Positions 48,426 to 59,156 are shown, numbered from the stretch's first letter. The stretch: DNA of 64,000 nt from a virus (IMGVR_UViG_3300033072_000957:1-64000); one strand, 5' to 3'. The notes: generated from the letters alone by a model not told the origin. Made by a program: numbers and translations.

Positions 48426-50258
48426 TTAATATGTAGTCGTTCCTAATGTTTTAGTTCTCACTTTTATATCCACATTTGGAAATCTTATTTGATAGATTTG
48501 ATTAGACAACATAAAGATTGTCATATCAGATTGTTGGATTTCTTTTGTGGTGTTGTCTTTATATCCTTGAGCAACTTCAGACGATGAATAATTACCGCCT
48601 ATTTTGTTATAAACTCTAATATCAACAACGTTTACAACTCCCGTAACCCCACCAATTTCTTTAATTAAATCACCCACAAATAATGGGTCACCCATTTTAC
48701 GTTTTTCGATTGCAAAAAATTCAATTGTTTTTTGAATAGAGCTTCTTACAATATCTGTCGGAGATTCATTTTTATTTATTATTAAGTCCATCTCCAAACT
48801 TAAATCCACAACTTCACCACTTGTAATATCAACATAATCGTTTATCATTCTATATTCAGAAAGATAATTTAAAATATTGTTTTTCAATGTATTAGATACA
48901 GTTTCAGTTAAATTACCCGCGTCGTCATATGACAATAGTTTAATTTTAACTTTATTATCTTCTTCCATCACATTAACCTTTGCAGGTGCACCAAATGTTG
49001 ATGGCATTGTTTCAATCAAGGATTTGTAGTCATTTAATGTTACGGCTCTGTTTTGTGCCGCAAAATTATATGCTATCATATTTCTCAATTCTTCTATTGT
49101 TGGTTGGTCCGCTCCGCCGATTGCAGGTGTAACATTTGACACTCTTAAAGATTGCTGAACTTGTGTATTAAACGTCTCATTTGGACCGTTTATATCAAAT
49201 TCAACATTATCTACACTATTAATAATATTAACCCCTAAATTTGAATCTTTACCGCCACCAATTCGATATTTTACAAACAATGTTGTGTTTGCTTTAGGTA
49301 CCGCACCTAAAGACATATTATTTAAATAACTTGCTAAATTCACTTTAAGTGAACCGTTCATATAGTTATCCAAATTATCTAATGGATTTACTGTGCCCGA
49401 ACCAAATGTCACTGAAAAATAACTTTCAGGTGTATATTCTGTTACAAATTTATTATTAACACTTACGTATGTTCCGGCTTTAAAATTATCTTTATCAGAT
49501 ACTGAAGTTGGGTCTGGTACAAATATTTTATCTTGTATTAAAGTTTTCACTTCATACCATTTATTTGTTGTTGATGCAAATTCTGCATTTGTTGGATTTC
49601 CCGCAAATGACGTACCCTCTTTATGTATAATACTTGTAACACCTAAAACATCTTGTTCAGGTAAATAAATTTTTAAAAATGGTTTTTGGTCTAATTCACT
49701 AATAACTCTTCTGTAAATTCTTGTAACTCCATTTACAACTGCCTCTCGTTTTGTAATTGTATATGATAATAAAGTATTATTATTATCAAAATTCGGGATT
49801 TTTAAACGATTAGGTTCTCCTTTACTGTTAAATGGATTTGAGAAATCAATATCCTCTAATGTTTCAAAAATTTGACCTCCTCCTGACACTTGTGCTCCTG
49901 ATTTGATGATACCCAAATATCTTTCGTCTTCTTTGTCTCCTCTTACAGGTACATTGATTGAAAAATCACATAATGCAACTGAGGGTCTATTACCTGGTAT
50001 CTTAATACCATATGTTTTAGCAATATGAAATAATGATTGTCTTTGTTGTGCAAAGTCTAACATTGTTTCTTGCCAAACTCTATCAATATGAAAATGTAAG
50101 TTATCAGCAACCGCAGCATTTAAATCTAATAATACTGAAAATATAGACGCATCATTGGTGTTTTTTACCAAATCAGGGTAATATTCTTTTGTTAAGTTTA
50201 CTAATTCTTGTCTTAGTCCTGCAAAATCTCTTGTTGCGTATGATATTTTCTTACTCAT
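48426..50258 (-). CDS. Baseplate wedge subunit (T4 gp6 / baseplate J-like)
   Basis: YATRDFAGLRQEL N-terminus, GGADQPTIEELR, AAQNRAVTLNDY; adjacent to the gp25-like gene. Confidence 0.88.
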   Translation of the reverse strand: MSKKISYATRDFAGLRQELVNLTKEYYPDLVKNTNDASIFSVLLDLNAAVADNLHFHIDRVWQETMLDFAQQRQSLFHIAKTYGIKIPGNRPSVALCDFSINVPVRGDKEDERYLGIIKSGAQVSGGGQIFETLEDIDFSNPFNSKGEPNRLKIPNFDNNNTLLSYTITKREAVVNGVTRIYRRVISELDQKPFLKIYLPEQDVLGVTSIIHKEGTSFAGNPTNAEFASTTNKWYEVKTLIQDKIFVPDPTSVSDKDNFKAGTYVSVNNKFVTEYTPESYFSVTFGSGTVNPLDNLDNYMNGSLKVNLASYLNNMSLGAVPKANTTLFVKYRIGGGKDSNLGVNIINSVDNVEFDINGPNETFNTQVQQSLRVSNVTPAIGGADQPTIEELRNMIAYNFAAQNRAVTLNDYKSLIETMPSTFGAPAKVNVMEEDNKVKIKLLSYDDAGNLTETVSNTLKNNILNYLSEYRMINDYVDITSGEVVDLSLEMDLIINKNESPTDIVRSSIQKTIEFFAIEKRKMGDPLFVGDLIKEIGGVTGVVNVVDIRVYNKIGGNYSSSEVAQGYKDNTTKEIQQSDMTIFMLSNQIYQIRFPNVDIKVRTKTLGTTTY

Positions 50259-50259
50259 C

Positions 50260-50712
50260 TTAAATGTTTAATATTATAAAGTCCGAAGATGAAAATGCTC
50301 CGTTATTAACTGTATATTCAATTTTTACTTTGGCGGTATGTGGTTTTGTTGATTCATCTGAAACTCTAAATAAACGAGTATCTTCATCTGTTGAAAATGT
50401 TCTAACATTATCAGGGTCGTCTTCTGCAGATATCACTTCTAGTTTTGTAATATCTAAATTTGGAATATATTTTTTTACCACCTCTCTAACTTCTTCTTCA
50501 ATAAGTCCAAATGTCACCATATCATTTTGTTCAAAAATGAATTGGTATAATCTAGTTCCAAAATCAGGTAAAAAATACCTACTACCTTTTTTAGTTAATA
50601 AAAGGTGTACTAGATTGGCTCTAACCTCTCTTTCGGGTGATGTCGTCATCTTTAAAAAATGACCTTCATTACTGTCTCTAAATGGAAAATCTATTCCGTA
50701 TTTTACCGCCAT
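50260..50712 (-). CDS. Baseplate wedge protein, gp25/gpW-like
   Basis: GIDFPF, LLLTKKGSRYFLPDFGTRL and KYIPNL. I moved the start to MAVKYG at 50712, just downstream of a TATTTAT motif. Confidence 0.88.
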   Translation of the reverse strand: MAVKYGIDFPFRDSNEGHFLKMTTSPEREVRANLVHLLLTKKGSRYFLPDFGTRLYQFIFEQNDMVTFGLIEEEVREVVKKYIPNLDITKLEVISAEDDPDNVRTFSTDEDTRLFRVSDESTKPHTAKVKIEYTVNNGAFSSSDFIILNI

Positions 50713-50750
50713 ATCAATAAATATAAAGAATACTAAATTGGTAATAAATA

Positions 50751-50775
50751 AAAAACCCAACCGAAGTTGGGTTTT
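50751..50775 (-). terminator. Intrinsic terminator with a cUUCGg tetraloop downstream of nrdA
   Basis: Minus strand AAAACCCAAC-UUCG-GUUGGGUUUU followed by further U residues. Confidence 0.8.
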
Positions 50776-50786
50776 AGTATTGTGTC

Positions 50787-50866
50787 TTGATATTCACCCC
50801 CGATATTCTCGAGACCTGGATGCTCAAGGTACGCCTTGACGACAGTATCTTTGAGGGAGTCATCCA
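50787..50866 (-). ncRNA. Candidate structured RNA between the nrdA stop and its terminator
   Basis: GC-rich island with several complementary pairs: UGGAUG/CAUCCA, CUCAA/UUGAG, UCAAGG/CCUUGA and ACUCCC/GGGGGU. Confidence 0.4.
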
Positions 50867-50872
50867 TTATTT

Positions 50873-53305
50873 TTATGAACCACAACCTTCGCACTCAAAT
50901 GGTGAATCGGTTGGTCTTTCATTTGTCATAACAACTTCAGGTGTTTCTTCACTAATCAACGAATTTGTTGTTGGTGTAGATAACGTAGCTGTTGGTTGTG
51001 GTTGTTCAATTGGTTTTACGGTAGATGTGTCAATACCTAATCCTTTAATTGCGTCTACCGCTGAACGAGTTCTCAAATAATACATTCCCGTTTTTAGACC
51101 TAATTTCCAACCAAATAAATGTGCCGCCAATAACTTAGGTTTGGTGGCGTTATCAATAAATAAGTTTAATGATTGTGATTGGTCAATGAAAACACTTCTG
51201 TTTGCTGCCATTTGAAGAATTCTCTTTTGTGACATTTCCCAAACTGTTTTATAAACTTCTTTCATTTCAGTTGGGATTTCAGGAATGTTTTGGACTGATC
51301 CATTTTCCATAATCAATTTATTCTTAATTGTTTCATTCCACAAACCGAGCTTTAATAGTTCACTAACTAAGTGTTTATTAATTACAATAAATTCACCACC
51401 TAATGTTCTACGAGAATATAAGTTAGTTGTAAATGGTTCGAACGCTTCGTTATTACCCAAAATTTGTGCTGTAGATGCTGTTGGCATTGGTGCAACTAAT
51501 AATGAGTTTCTAACACCAAAAGATTTAATTTCCTTTCTTAAAGATTTCCAATCCCAACGACCTGATAAATCTTTATCAGTTTTACCCCACATTTCATATT
51601 GGAAAATTCCCTTTTCAATTGGTGATCCTACAATTGTTTCATATGCCCCGTGTTCTTTGGCCAAATCTTTAGAAGATGTCATTGCCGCAAAATATATCGT
51701 TTCAAATATATCTGTTTGTAATGTATCTGCTTCTTCAGATTCAAATGGTAAACCTAATATACAAAATACATCCGCTAAACCTTGAACACCTAAACCAACA
51801 GGTCTATGTCTAAAGTTTGAACGTTTTGTTTCTTCAGTCGGATAGAAATTTAAATCAATTACATTATTCAAATTTTTCACAACTTGATATGTGTATTCAT
51901 ATAATAGTTCGTGATTAAATTCACCATTTAGAATATATTTTGGTAATGCTATAGATGCCAAATTACAAACCGCTTGTTCGGTTGGTGAACTATACTCAAT
52001 GATTTCAGTACATAAATTTGATGATTTAATTGTACCTAAATTCTTTTGATTTGATTTATAATTCGCAGGGTCTTTATATAACATATAAGGGGTACCCGTT
52101 TCAATTTGTGCTGTTAAAATTGCATCCATTAATTTTCTTGCCTTCATCACCTTTCTAGCCTTACCACTTTTTTCGTATGATTCGTATAATTTAGTAAATG
52201 CCTTATCTTCAGGTGTGTCATAAGCATCTGATAAACCAGGTGCTTCATCAGGTGAAAATAATGACCAATCACCATCAGATTCTACTCGTTGCATAAATAA
52301 GTCGGGAGTCCACATTGCCAAGAACAAATCACGTGCTCTTAATTCTTCTTTACCGTGATTTTTTCTCAAATCAATAAATTCCATTACATCAGAATGCCAA
52401 GGTTCAAGATAGATTGCAAAAGAACCTTTTCTTTTTCCTCCTTGGTTAATCCAACGAGCAACTTCATTGTATGTTTTTAACATTGGTAATAAACCGTCAG
52501 ATTCACCACCAGTTCCCTTAATATAAGAACCTTTAGCTCTAACATCGTGTACGTGTAAACCAATACCACCGGCCCATTTAGAAATCTTTGCAACATCTCC
52601 AATTGTATCAAATAAACCATCAATATCGTCACCTTTATTTCCAATTAAGAAACAAGAAGACATTTGTGGTCTACGAGTTCCTGCATTAAATAATGTTGGT
52701 GTTGCGTGAGTGTAAAAATGTTGTGACAAATCATCATAAATTCTAAGTGCCATTTCTAAATCACCTTTACAAATACCAACAGCAACTCTCATATACATAT
52801 ACTGTGGTCTTTCAACTACACGAGTACCTATTTTTAAAAGATATGAACGCTCTAATGTTTTAAATCCAAAATAATCAAAATCCAAATCACGTTCTTGATG
52901 AATTGCACCATCCAAAGCTTCTTTATTATCCATTACGAATTGATAAACATCATCATCAATTAATGATGATTCTTTTCCCGTTCTTGGTTCGGTGAATGAA
53001 TGTAACTCTTTAATACATTGTGAAAATTTCTTGTGTGTCACTTTATGTAATAAAGAAACCGATAATCTACCAGCTAATTTAGCATAATCGGGATGTGTTG
53101 TTGTCATAGATGCTGCAGTTTCTGCTGCTAACACATCTAATTCTGTTGTTGAAATTCCATCATAAATTCCTTGAGTAACTTTCAAAGTAACATATGTTGG
53201 GTCAATATATTCTAAATTTAAATCACTACAAAAAACACTAATTCTACGTGTGATTTTATCATATCTCATTTCCTCTAAGGAACCATCTCTTTTTTTTACT
53301 TTCAT
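50873..53305 (-). CDS. nrdA: Ribonucleoside-diphosphate reductase class Ia, alpha subunit with ATP cone
   Basis: N-terminal ATP cone (VKKRDG), SSCFL, SNLCTEI, VAPMPTAST, GMYYLRT and C-terminal CEGCGS; uninterrupted. Confidence 0.97.
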   Translation of the reverse strand: MKVKKRDGSLEEMRYDKITRRISVFCSDLNLEYIDPTYVTLKVTQGIYDGISTTELDVLAAETAASMTTTHPDYAKLAGRLSVSLLHKVTHKKFSQCIKELHSFTEPRTGKESSLIDDDVYQFVMDNKEALDGAIHQERDLDFDYFGFKTLERSYLLKIGTRVVERPQYMYMRVAVGICKGDLEMALRIYDDLSQHFYTHATPTLFNAGTRRPQMSSCFLIGNKGDDIDGLFDTIGDVAKISKWAGGIGLHVHDVRAKGSYIKGTGGESDGLLPMLKTYNEVARWINQGGKRKGSFAIYLEPWHSDVMEFIDLRKNHGKEELRARDLFLAMWTPDLFMQRVESDGDWSLFSPDEAPGLSDAYDTPEDKAFTKLYESYEKSGKARKVMKARKLMDAILTAQIETGTPYMLYKDPANYKSNQKNLGTIKSSNLCTEIIEYSSPTEQAVCNLASIALPKYILNGEFNHELLYEYTYQVVKNLNNVIDLNFYPTEETKRSNFRHRPVGLGVQGLADVFCILGLPFESEEADTLQTDIFETIYFAAMTSSKDLAKEHGAYETIVGSPIEKGIFQYEMWGKTDKDLSGRWDWKSLRKEIKSFGVRNSLLVAPMPTASTAQILGNNEAFEPFTTNLYSRRTLGGEFIVINKHLVSELLKLGLWNETIKNKLIMENGSVQNIPEIPTEMKEVYKTVWEMSQKRILQMAANRSVFIDQSQSLNLFIDNATKPKLLAAHLFGWKLGLKTGMYYLRTRSAVDAIKGLGIDTSTVKPIEQPQPTATLSTPTTNSLISEETPEVVMTNERPTDSPFECEGCGS

Positions 53306-53319
53306 TTTTACTATCTATT

Positions 53320-54297
53320 TTAAAAATCTACGTCACCAAAAGCCGAATCTAAATCTTCTGATGTTGATGTGTTATTAACTCCCGCTTTTTGATATTCGGC
53401 AACTCTTTTCTCAAAGAAATTTGTTTTACCTTGTAAGGCGATATTTTGCATAAAATCAAACGGATTTTCTGAATTGTAAACCTTAGAACAACCAAGTGCA
53501 ACTAATAATCTATCAGTTACAAATTCAAGATATTGACTCATTAAATCAGAATTCATACCAATTAATCTAACAGGTAACGCTTCAAGAATAAATTCTTTTT
53601 CGATTTCTAATGCTCCACAAATGATGTCTTTGATTTTCTTTTCACTTAATTTATTCTCAATATGATGATTGAATAAATGACAAGCAAAATCACAGTGCAT
53701 CCCTTCATCTCTTGAAATCAATTCATTAGAAAACGTTAAACCCGGCATTAACCCTCTTTTCTTTAACCAGAATATTGAACAGAAAGAACCTGAGAAGAAA
53801 ATACCTTCTACGGCCGCAAATGCAATTAATCTTTCTACAAACGTACCCTTTTCAATATATCTTAAAGCCCATTCTGCTTTCTTTTTAATTGCAGGAACGG
53901 TATCAATTGCATTGAATAATTTATGTTGTTCTTCTTTATCTTTAATATATGTGTCAATTAATAATGAATACGTTTCACTATGAATATTTTCCATCATAAT
54001 TTGGAATCCATAAAACATTTTCGCTTCGGTGTATTGAACCGCATTTACAAAGTTCATTGCAATGTTTTCATTAACAATTCCATCTGATGCTGCAAAAAAT
54101 GCTAAAACGTGTTTAACAAAATGTTGTTCGTCCGCGTTTAATTTGTTTTCCCAATCTGAAATATCTTGGGCCAAATCAATTTCTTCTGCGGTCCAAAAAC
54201 ACGCTTCTTGTTGTTTATATAGTTTCCACAAATCGTGATGTTCGATTGGGAAAAGGACAAAACGTCCGGGATTGTCTTGTAAAATCTTCTCGGTCAT
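53320..54297 (-). CDS. nrdB: Ribonucleoside-diphosphate reductase class Ia, beta subunit
   Basis: [32 protein letters not shown] and NFFEKRV. Confidence 0.97.
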   Translation of the reverse strand: MTEKILQDNPGRFVLFPIEHHDLWKLYKQQEACFWTAEEIDLAQDISDWENKLNADEQHFVKHVLAFFAASDGIVNENIAMNFVNAVQYTEAKMFYGFQIMMENIHSETYSLLIDTYIKDKEEQHKLFNAIDTVPAIKKKAEWALRYIEKGTFVERLIAFAAVEGIFFSGSFCSIFWLKKRGLMPGLTFSNELISRDEGMHCDFACHLFNHHIENKLSEKKIKDIICGALEIEKEFILEALPVRLIGMNSDLMSQYLEFVTDRLLVALGCSKVYNSENPFDFMQNIALQGKTNFFEKRVAEYQKAGVNNTSTSEDLDSAFGDVDF

Positions 54298-54309
54298 AAT
54301 TTAATTTTT

Positions 54310-55686
54310 TTAGTTTCTGTTTGCTACTTGTTGTCTTCTTTGGAATGCTTCCGCCGCTCTGTTTACATTATCTTTCACCTTTTGTTCTTCGTGACCTAAT
54401 AATGTATTTTGTGTGTCAGTATCTATTACAAGATACTCATTGTTGAATTTACAATTTGACCAAATAACTCCGTCTTTACCAATACGTGATTTAACTAAAG
54501 TTAATGTCGCCAAATTATGTTCTTTTTGTTCTAATGTTTTACCAATAGATAATATAACGTGTGCAATTTGTGCTTTCTTAATTGAACCGCCCATTTGGTC
54601 GCCTGTTACAACTTCGGATGAAATTGATTCACGATTACCTTGTGTTGCTGTCCAAATTGCAATATCAAATTCACTAGTCATTGATTCCAAACTTCTCATT
54701 ACATTACCTTCACCTTTCCATTCTTCACCATTGATGTTTCTTTCAGATGAAATACAATCTACGTAATCGATTACGAGTAAATCTACTCTAAATCCATCGG
54801 CTTGCATTTTTCTTAATCTAGATTTTATTTCTGATATTGTGATGTTATCAGACGGAAACTTTAATAATTTTAAAGCTCCTCCTGACCTTTCTTCGGCTTC
54901 TTTGATTTTCTCTTTAACCTCATCACTATTTTCAGGTTGGTCATCGGGTGCAATACCTGACCATATCGTATAGTGTTTTCTTTTTATGTTACCAACGTTG
55001 TCTTCAAAAAATATTTGGACAACATTTAACCCCATATTATATGCTGTGTTAGAGAATTTGGTTAATAAAGTTGTTTTACCTGTACCAGTCGGTGCTAAAA
55101 CAACTCCTAACTCACCTCTAGCCAAACCACCGTTTAACAATTTATCTACTCCAACAATACCTGTTGGTATTGGGTGTCTGTGGTCTTTCTCTAATGCCCC
55201 ATCAATATCGTGAAATACGTCTACAATTTCATCATTCTGAATACCAACTTGTAATGCCTTTTGAATGATTTGTTCAATTTTTGCATATTCTTGGAATTCA
55301 CCATTTTCAATAATGTTGTGAACTTGCTTTAACTCTCTCTTAAGATTTTGTTGTTTGCAAAAATTCATTGCAACATCCTTTACATATGCAACATCTTTTT
55401 CGTCATTCTTAATTGCCTCAAGTGTGTCAATATGAATTCTGGAAGATTCCTTTTTGGAATTTTCAGCCATTATTTTTTGAGTTATTGTATGATAGTCAGG
55501 TATTTTTTCATAATCCTTATAGTATTCCTTAATATTTTCCATAAGAAATCTAAATGAGTTATTCTCAAAATACTTGCTTTCTAATACGTCAATAATAGTT
55601 TCTCCGTATTTTCTATCCTCAATAATTGCTTTAATAAGTGACTGCTGAAATGAAAATCCTAAATGTCCAAAATTCCTTTCTTCCAT
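54310..55686 (-). CDS. Replicative DNA helicase (DnaB/gp41-like)
   Basis: Walker A APTGTGKT, VIDYVD, WTATQGNR and KSRIG. Confidence 0.92.
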   Translation of the reverse strand: MEERNFGHLGFSFQQSLIKAIIEDRKYGETIIDVLESKYFENNSFRFLMENIKEYYKDYEKIPDYHTITQKIMAENSKKESSRIHIDTLEAIKNDEKDVAYVKDVAMNFCKQQNLKRELKQVHNIIENGEFQEYAKIEQIIQKALQVGIQNDEIVDVFHDIDGALEKDHRHPIPTGIVGVDKLLNGGLARGELGVVLAPTGTGKTTLLTKFSNTAYNMGLNVVQIFFEDNVGNIKRKHYTIWSGIAPDDQPENSDEVKEKIKEAEERSGGALKLLKFPSDNITISEIKSRLRKMQADGFRVDLLVIDYVDCISSERNINGEEWKGEGNVMRSLESMTSEFDIAIWTATQGNRESISSEVVTGDQMGGSIKKAQIAHVILSIGKTLEQKEHNLATLTLVKSRIGKDGVIWSNCKFNNEYLVIDTDTQNTLLGHEEQKVKDNVNRAAEAFQRRQQVANRN

Positions 55687-55714
55687 AATAAATTAGTATA
55701 TATAAGTTTTAAAA

Positions 55715-56161
55715 TTATAGTTCGTATTGAAGATATGTTGTTTCCAAATCGTAAGATGATAAAATGTCAGTTAAATCTGACAAAATTCTCTTAAGTTTTG
55801 GACGAATATCCACCGTGTATCTAACCTTTGGGTGGTAGTAATATGCGGGGAATATTCTTTGAATAAATACGTCGTCGCCGAGCTTAATTTCCAATAAAAA
55901 ATGCTCTCTATCCTTCTCATTTGAATCTTCCACATAGTCAGAAGATAGGAAATAATTTTGATTTTCACACAGATAATCGGAACTTTTTATTTTTAAATCT
56001 TCACTAATTTCTTCACAAATATTTTTTACATAATAGTGAAGATCCATTGACCTTTTAGCCGCATCATTGTGCTCTCTAACATTGAAGAAACGTTGGCAAA
56101 TAATGTTTCCTTCAAGGGTTAACAAAAACTCAAATTTTGTGATGTTGTCTTGATTACTCAT
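55715..56161 (-). CDS. Hypothetical protein
   Basis: 148 aa ORF in the replication operon. Confidence 0.75.
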   Translation of the reverse strand: MSNQDNITKFEFLLTLEGNIICQRFFNVREHNDAAKRSMDLHYYVKNICEEISEDLKIKSSDYLCENQNYFLSSDYVEDSNEKDREHFLLEIKLGDDVFIQRIFPAYYYHPKVRYTVDIRPKLKRILSDLTDILSSYDLETTYLQYEL

Positions 56162-57173
56162 ACGTTTTAATTTTAATTGTTTTTTTATTTTTTTCTTTTC
56201 TTGTTAATCGTAAAAATGGATTAATGAATTTTATCCACGCATCATCTGATTTTGGTAACATCGTGAATAATCCGTCTTCATTCATCATTTTCATTGCGTT
56301 TTTATATGACCGTCCTTCTTGGTCTAATTTTTCATTAATTAATAAATCAATATATTCTTTTGCTTCGTCAGTTAAAAATGGTTCATCTAAACTCACAATT
56401 CGACGATTTATATCAAAAAACTCTTCGCCAAAAACACCGTGTTTTGTTACACCTGTTAGTAGATTTCGAACCATCCAATTATTTTTATCTTCCTCGAATA
56501 ATGCATTACCTTTTTGTAACACATCATCTAAAGAGTATTTTACAGTTTTCATATCGGGAAATAAGGTAAGTAACCTTTTAATACCCATATTTTTAATACC
56601 TGAAATGTTATCTGATGGGTCACCACATAACATTTTAATAATTTTGACGTTTTCAATTAAAACTTCTTGGTGGTCATAAACGATAGTATCATTTACGCTA
56701 TAAAGTTTTTGATGCGAAGGATTATATATTTGAGTATTTTCACTCACTAATTGGGTTAAGTCGCCGTCTGATGAAAATATAATCTTCTTTTCGTTTGGAG
56801 AATTTTGAACGTAGTATGCAATACTATCGTCCGTTTCGCAGAATTCAAATTCACCTTGTCTGACGTATAACTCCTCAAGATATTGTTTTATTCTACCTCT
56901 TTGGTAGATGTAGGAACTAATCTCTTCTTCACTTTTAATTCGTTGTCTTCTATTTTCTTTATATAAATGATAGATTTTTTTTCTCGATTGAGAACCATTT
57001 TCTCCATCCCAAAAAACAACTATTTTATCTAAATGATGTACCTCAAATAATCTCCTAAGAGTATTAAGGAAATGATAGATTCCTCCAATGTGAGTACCTT
57101 TATGAAAGGCATTCTTGACACCATAAAAACCAATCGTGAGTAAGTTATCTCCGTCAACAAGTAAAACCGACAT
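56154..57173 (-). CDS. 5'-3' exonuclease / RNase H (PolI N-terminal, T4 rnh-like)
   Basis: LLVDGDNL, VFWDG, ETDDSI, SSDGDLTQL and GDPSDNISGI. Confidence 0.92.
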   Translation of the reverse strand: MSVLLVDGDNLLTIGFYGVKNAFHKGTHIGGIYHFLNTLRRLFEVHHLDKIVVFWDGENGSQSRKKIYHLYKENRRQRIKSEEEISSYIYQRGRIKQYLEELYVRQGEFEFCETDDSIAYYVQNSPNEKKIIFSSDGDLTQLVSENTQIYNPSHQKLYSVNDTIVYDHQEVLIENVKIIKMLCGDPSDNISGIKNMGIKRLLTLFPDMKTVKYSLDDVLQKGNALFEEDKNNWMVRNLLTGVTKHGVFGEEFFDINRRIVSLDEPFLTDEAKEYIDLLINEKLDQEGRSYKNAMKMMNEDGLFTMLPKSDDAWIKFINPFLRLTRKEKNKKTIKIKTYE

Positions 57174-57183
57174 TTAAAAAAAT

Positions 57184-58173
57184 TTATTCATCATCATCTG
57201 ATGAGATTTCTGTTTTGAATCCAAGTTCAACAATATCAGATACTTGTTCACCAAATAATTTACTGATATAGTCTAAATTGTTTTTTGCATATTCTTGAAT
57301 TGATAGTTTCTCTTCCGCAGTTTCTTTTGCCTTCATAAAACCGTGTGGAGTTACCATAATTCTTCCATCTGAGAATCCTAAACCATTTACGTGGTTTTTC
57401 ATAATTGAGATTTTAGTTCTGCTAGCAAAATTTACATCTCTCTTATTACGGGTAATTTTAATCTTTGTAGTTCCCGCACCTTTTTGGTTACCAAATAAAA
57501 ATACTAATGTTGAGTTTAACCAAATGGCTTCTCCACCTTTTGCTTTAATTTTTGGTTGTCCAAATGGATTATCAGGTAACTCAACCCAAGGTTGGTTTAC
57601 AATAATTAAACTGTTTGTATTTTTCTTATCTGTTCTTCTTGAACCTGAGATACGTTGATTGATACCCATACCAATTTTATCTGCTAAAACAGACGCATTG
57701 TGTTGTTTACCACCTTTACCTTCGTAAGTCATTTTACAAGGAACTGAACCTACCGAATCCCATAAGAATAACAAATCAGGGAAATTATCGTCTTTTTCTT
57801 GTGCGTCTAATAATTCATTGATGTAATCTGTGATTTGTTCAATGTATTCAAAGTCGCTATTAAAAAGATAATCACCTTCTCTATCAAATCCCATTAATTC
57901 TGCGTGTTCCCAATTCCATTTTTGTTCTGTAATAATGAATACAGGAACGATGCCTTTCTTTTGTGCATCAACCGCAGCTTTAACAAGTGCGGTCGTTTTA
58001 CCTGTATCACTATGTCCTAAGAACATATTAATATGCCCAATTGCCGGACCTGGAATTCCTGTTGCATCTAAAAAAGCATCCCCCAAATCTAAAAAACGGT
58101 CTGGTTTATATTCCGCCTCTTTAGAGAATTTCTTTTTTATTGCATCAAAGCTATTTTTCTTAATACCTGCCAT
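57184..58173 (-). CDS. RecA/UvsX-like recombinase
   Basis: Walker A GHSDTGKT, LWDSVG, IIVNQ and KAKGGEA. Confidence 0.88.
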   Translation of the reverse strand: MAGIKKNSFDAIKKKFSKEAEYKPDRFLDLGDAFLDATGIPGPAIGHINMFLGHSDTGKTTALVKAAVDAQKKGIVPVFIITEQKWNWEHAELMGFDREGDYLFNSDFEYIEQITDYINELLDAQEKDDNFPDLLFLWDSVGSVPCKMTYEGKGGKQHNASVLADKIGMGINQRISGSRRTDKKNTNSLIIVNQPWVELPDNPFGQPKIKAKGGEAIWLNSTLVFLFGNQKGAGTTKIKITRNKRDVNFASRTKISIMKNHVNGLGFSDGRIMVTPHGFMKAKETAEEKLSIQEYAKNNLDYISKLFGEQVSDIVELGFKTEISSDDDE

Positions 58174-58186
58174 AATGTTTTTTTTT

Positions 58187-58230
58187 AAAAATGGGAAACT
58201 CCGACATCAAATTAACGATATCGAAGTCCC
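58187..58230 (-). terminator. Long G-U-containing hairpin / terminator between the SSB and recA-like genes
   Basis: Minus strand GGGACUUCGAUAUC-loop-GAUGUCGGAGUUUCCC followed by AUUUUU. Confidence 0.55.
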
Positions 58231-58242
58231 CTTTAGTTTTAT

Positions 58243-59085
58243 TTAGAATGGTAAATCTCCATCTACATCATCATCTTCTTGTGGGTCTACCACAGGTGTT
58301 GATGGTTTTGGTGCTGAAATTGTTTCTTCTTGTTGTGAATTAGAAACCCACTTGTTGCTTGTTGAATCCCAACGTGGAACTTCACCTTTTGCAACCATTT
58401 CTAAGTAGTCTTCACCTTTCTTAGAATAAACATCTGACCAAACTAATTCATCGTCAATCCAAGTTTTAGCAACATTGGCATCTGTATGTAATGCACCCGC
58501 ATCTTCAGGAATTACTGAATTAATTGTTGTGTATTCTTTACCTGTTCCTGCTTTAGTTAAAGCTAAAGATAAGATAAGGTCACGACCTGTTTCAGGATTG
58601 GTGATATCACCTTTATTACGGAAAATTGGAAAAATTTTATCCAAAACACCGTCGCCTTTTGCGTTGTGTTTAAATCTCCAAAATTTAGGACCATCTTGTT
58701 CGTGATCACGGTCAATTACTTTAACGATATAAAATTTACGAGAACGATACTGACGTGCTAATTCTTTATCAGATTCAACACCTGTCATCATTAATCCTTC
58801 ATAAACTTCATTTAATGGGGAACGTTTCCCTTCTTGCTTAGGGTCATATAATTTAACCCATTTACCATCCACTTGAACTTCGTGGAAATAAACTTCTTTA
58901 AATGGTGAAGAACCATCAGAAGTTGGGAGAATACGAATTCTTCTTTCTTCTCCTTTTGAACCTTTAGGAAGTACTGTTGTGAAATACTTCTTCATTCTAT
59001 CCTCTTGGGATACTCTGTTGCTGTTGCCACTTGTGGCGTTTTTGTTTTTCTCGTACTGTGCAAGTACTGCGTCGAATGTAGACAT
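58243..59085 (-). CDS. Single-stranded DNA-binding protein (gp32-like)
   Basis: IRILP...PF....FH, aromatic OB-fold pattern, GRDL, and an acidic C-terminal tail DDDVDGDLPF. Confidence 0.85.
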   Translation of the reverse strand: MSTFDAVLAQYEKNKNATSGNSNRVSQEDRMKKYFTTVLPKGSKGEERRIRILPTSDGSSPFKEVYFHEVQVDGKWVKLYDPKQEGKRSPLNEVYEGLMMTGVESDKELARQYRSRKFYIVKVIDRDHEQDGPKFWRFKHNAKGDGVLDKIFPIFRNKGDITNPETGRDLILSLALTKAGTGKEYTTINSVIPEDAGALHTDANVAKTWIDDELVWSDVYSKKGEDYLEMVAKGEVPRWDSTSNKWVSNSQQEETISAPKPSTPVVDPQEDDDVDGDLPF

Positions 59086-59129
59086 AATAATTAAAATTTA
59101 AATAAAAAATGTTATAGTAAAATATAGAT

Positions 59130-59156
59130 AAAAAAACCCGGATTTGGAAATCCGGG
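59130..59156 (-). terminator. Intrinsic terminator
   Basis: CCCGGATT-loop-AATCCGGG with an A-tract on the + strand (U-tract on the minus strand). Confidence 0.75.

Noticed and set aside
50850-50866. Fluoride riboswitch or HDV-like ribozyme match (GAUGACUCC; nested pseudoknot)
   Set aside because: The upstream fluoride-motif partner is absent, and the loop lengths and catalytic C do not fit the HDV fold.
50733-50867. 44-aa ORF MDDSLKDTVVKAYLEHPG... after nrdA
   Set aside because: It has atypical GC-rich codons and runs through the terminator; treated as a candidate RNA instead, though coding is not excluded.
51285-51785. 166-aa + strand ORF, and others antisense to nrdA, the helicase and the exonuclease
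   Set aside because: They lie fully antisense to highly conserved genes and show no recognisable motifs.
50873-55686. Inteins or introns in nrdA, nrdB or the helicase
   Set aside because: Lengths and motif spacing are normal and the frames are uninterrupted.
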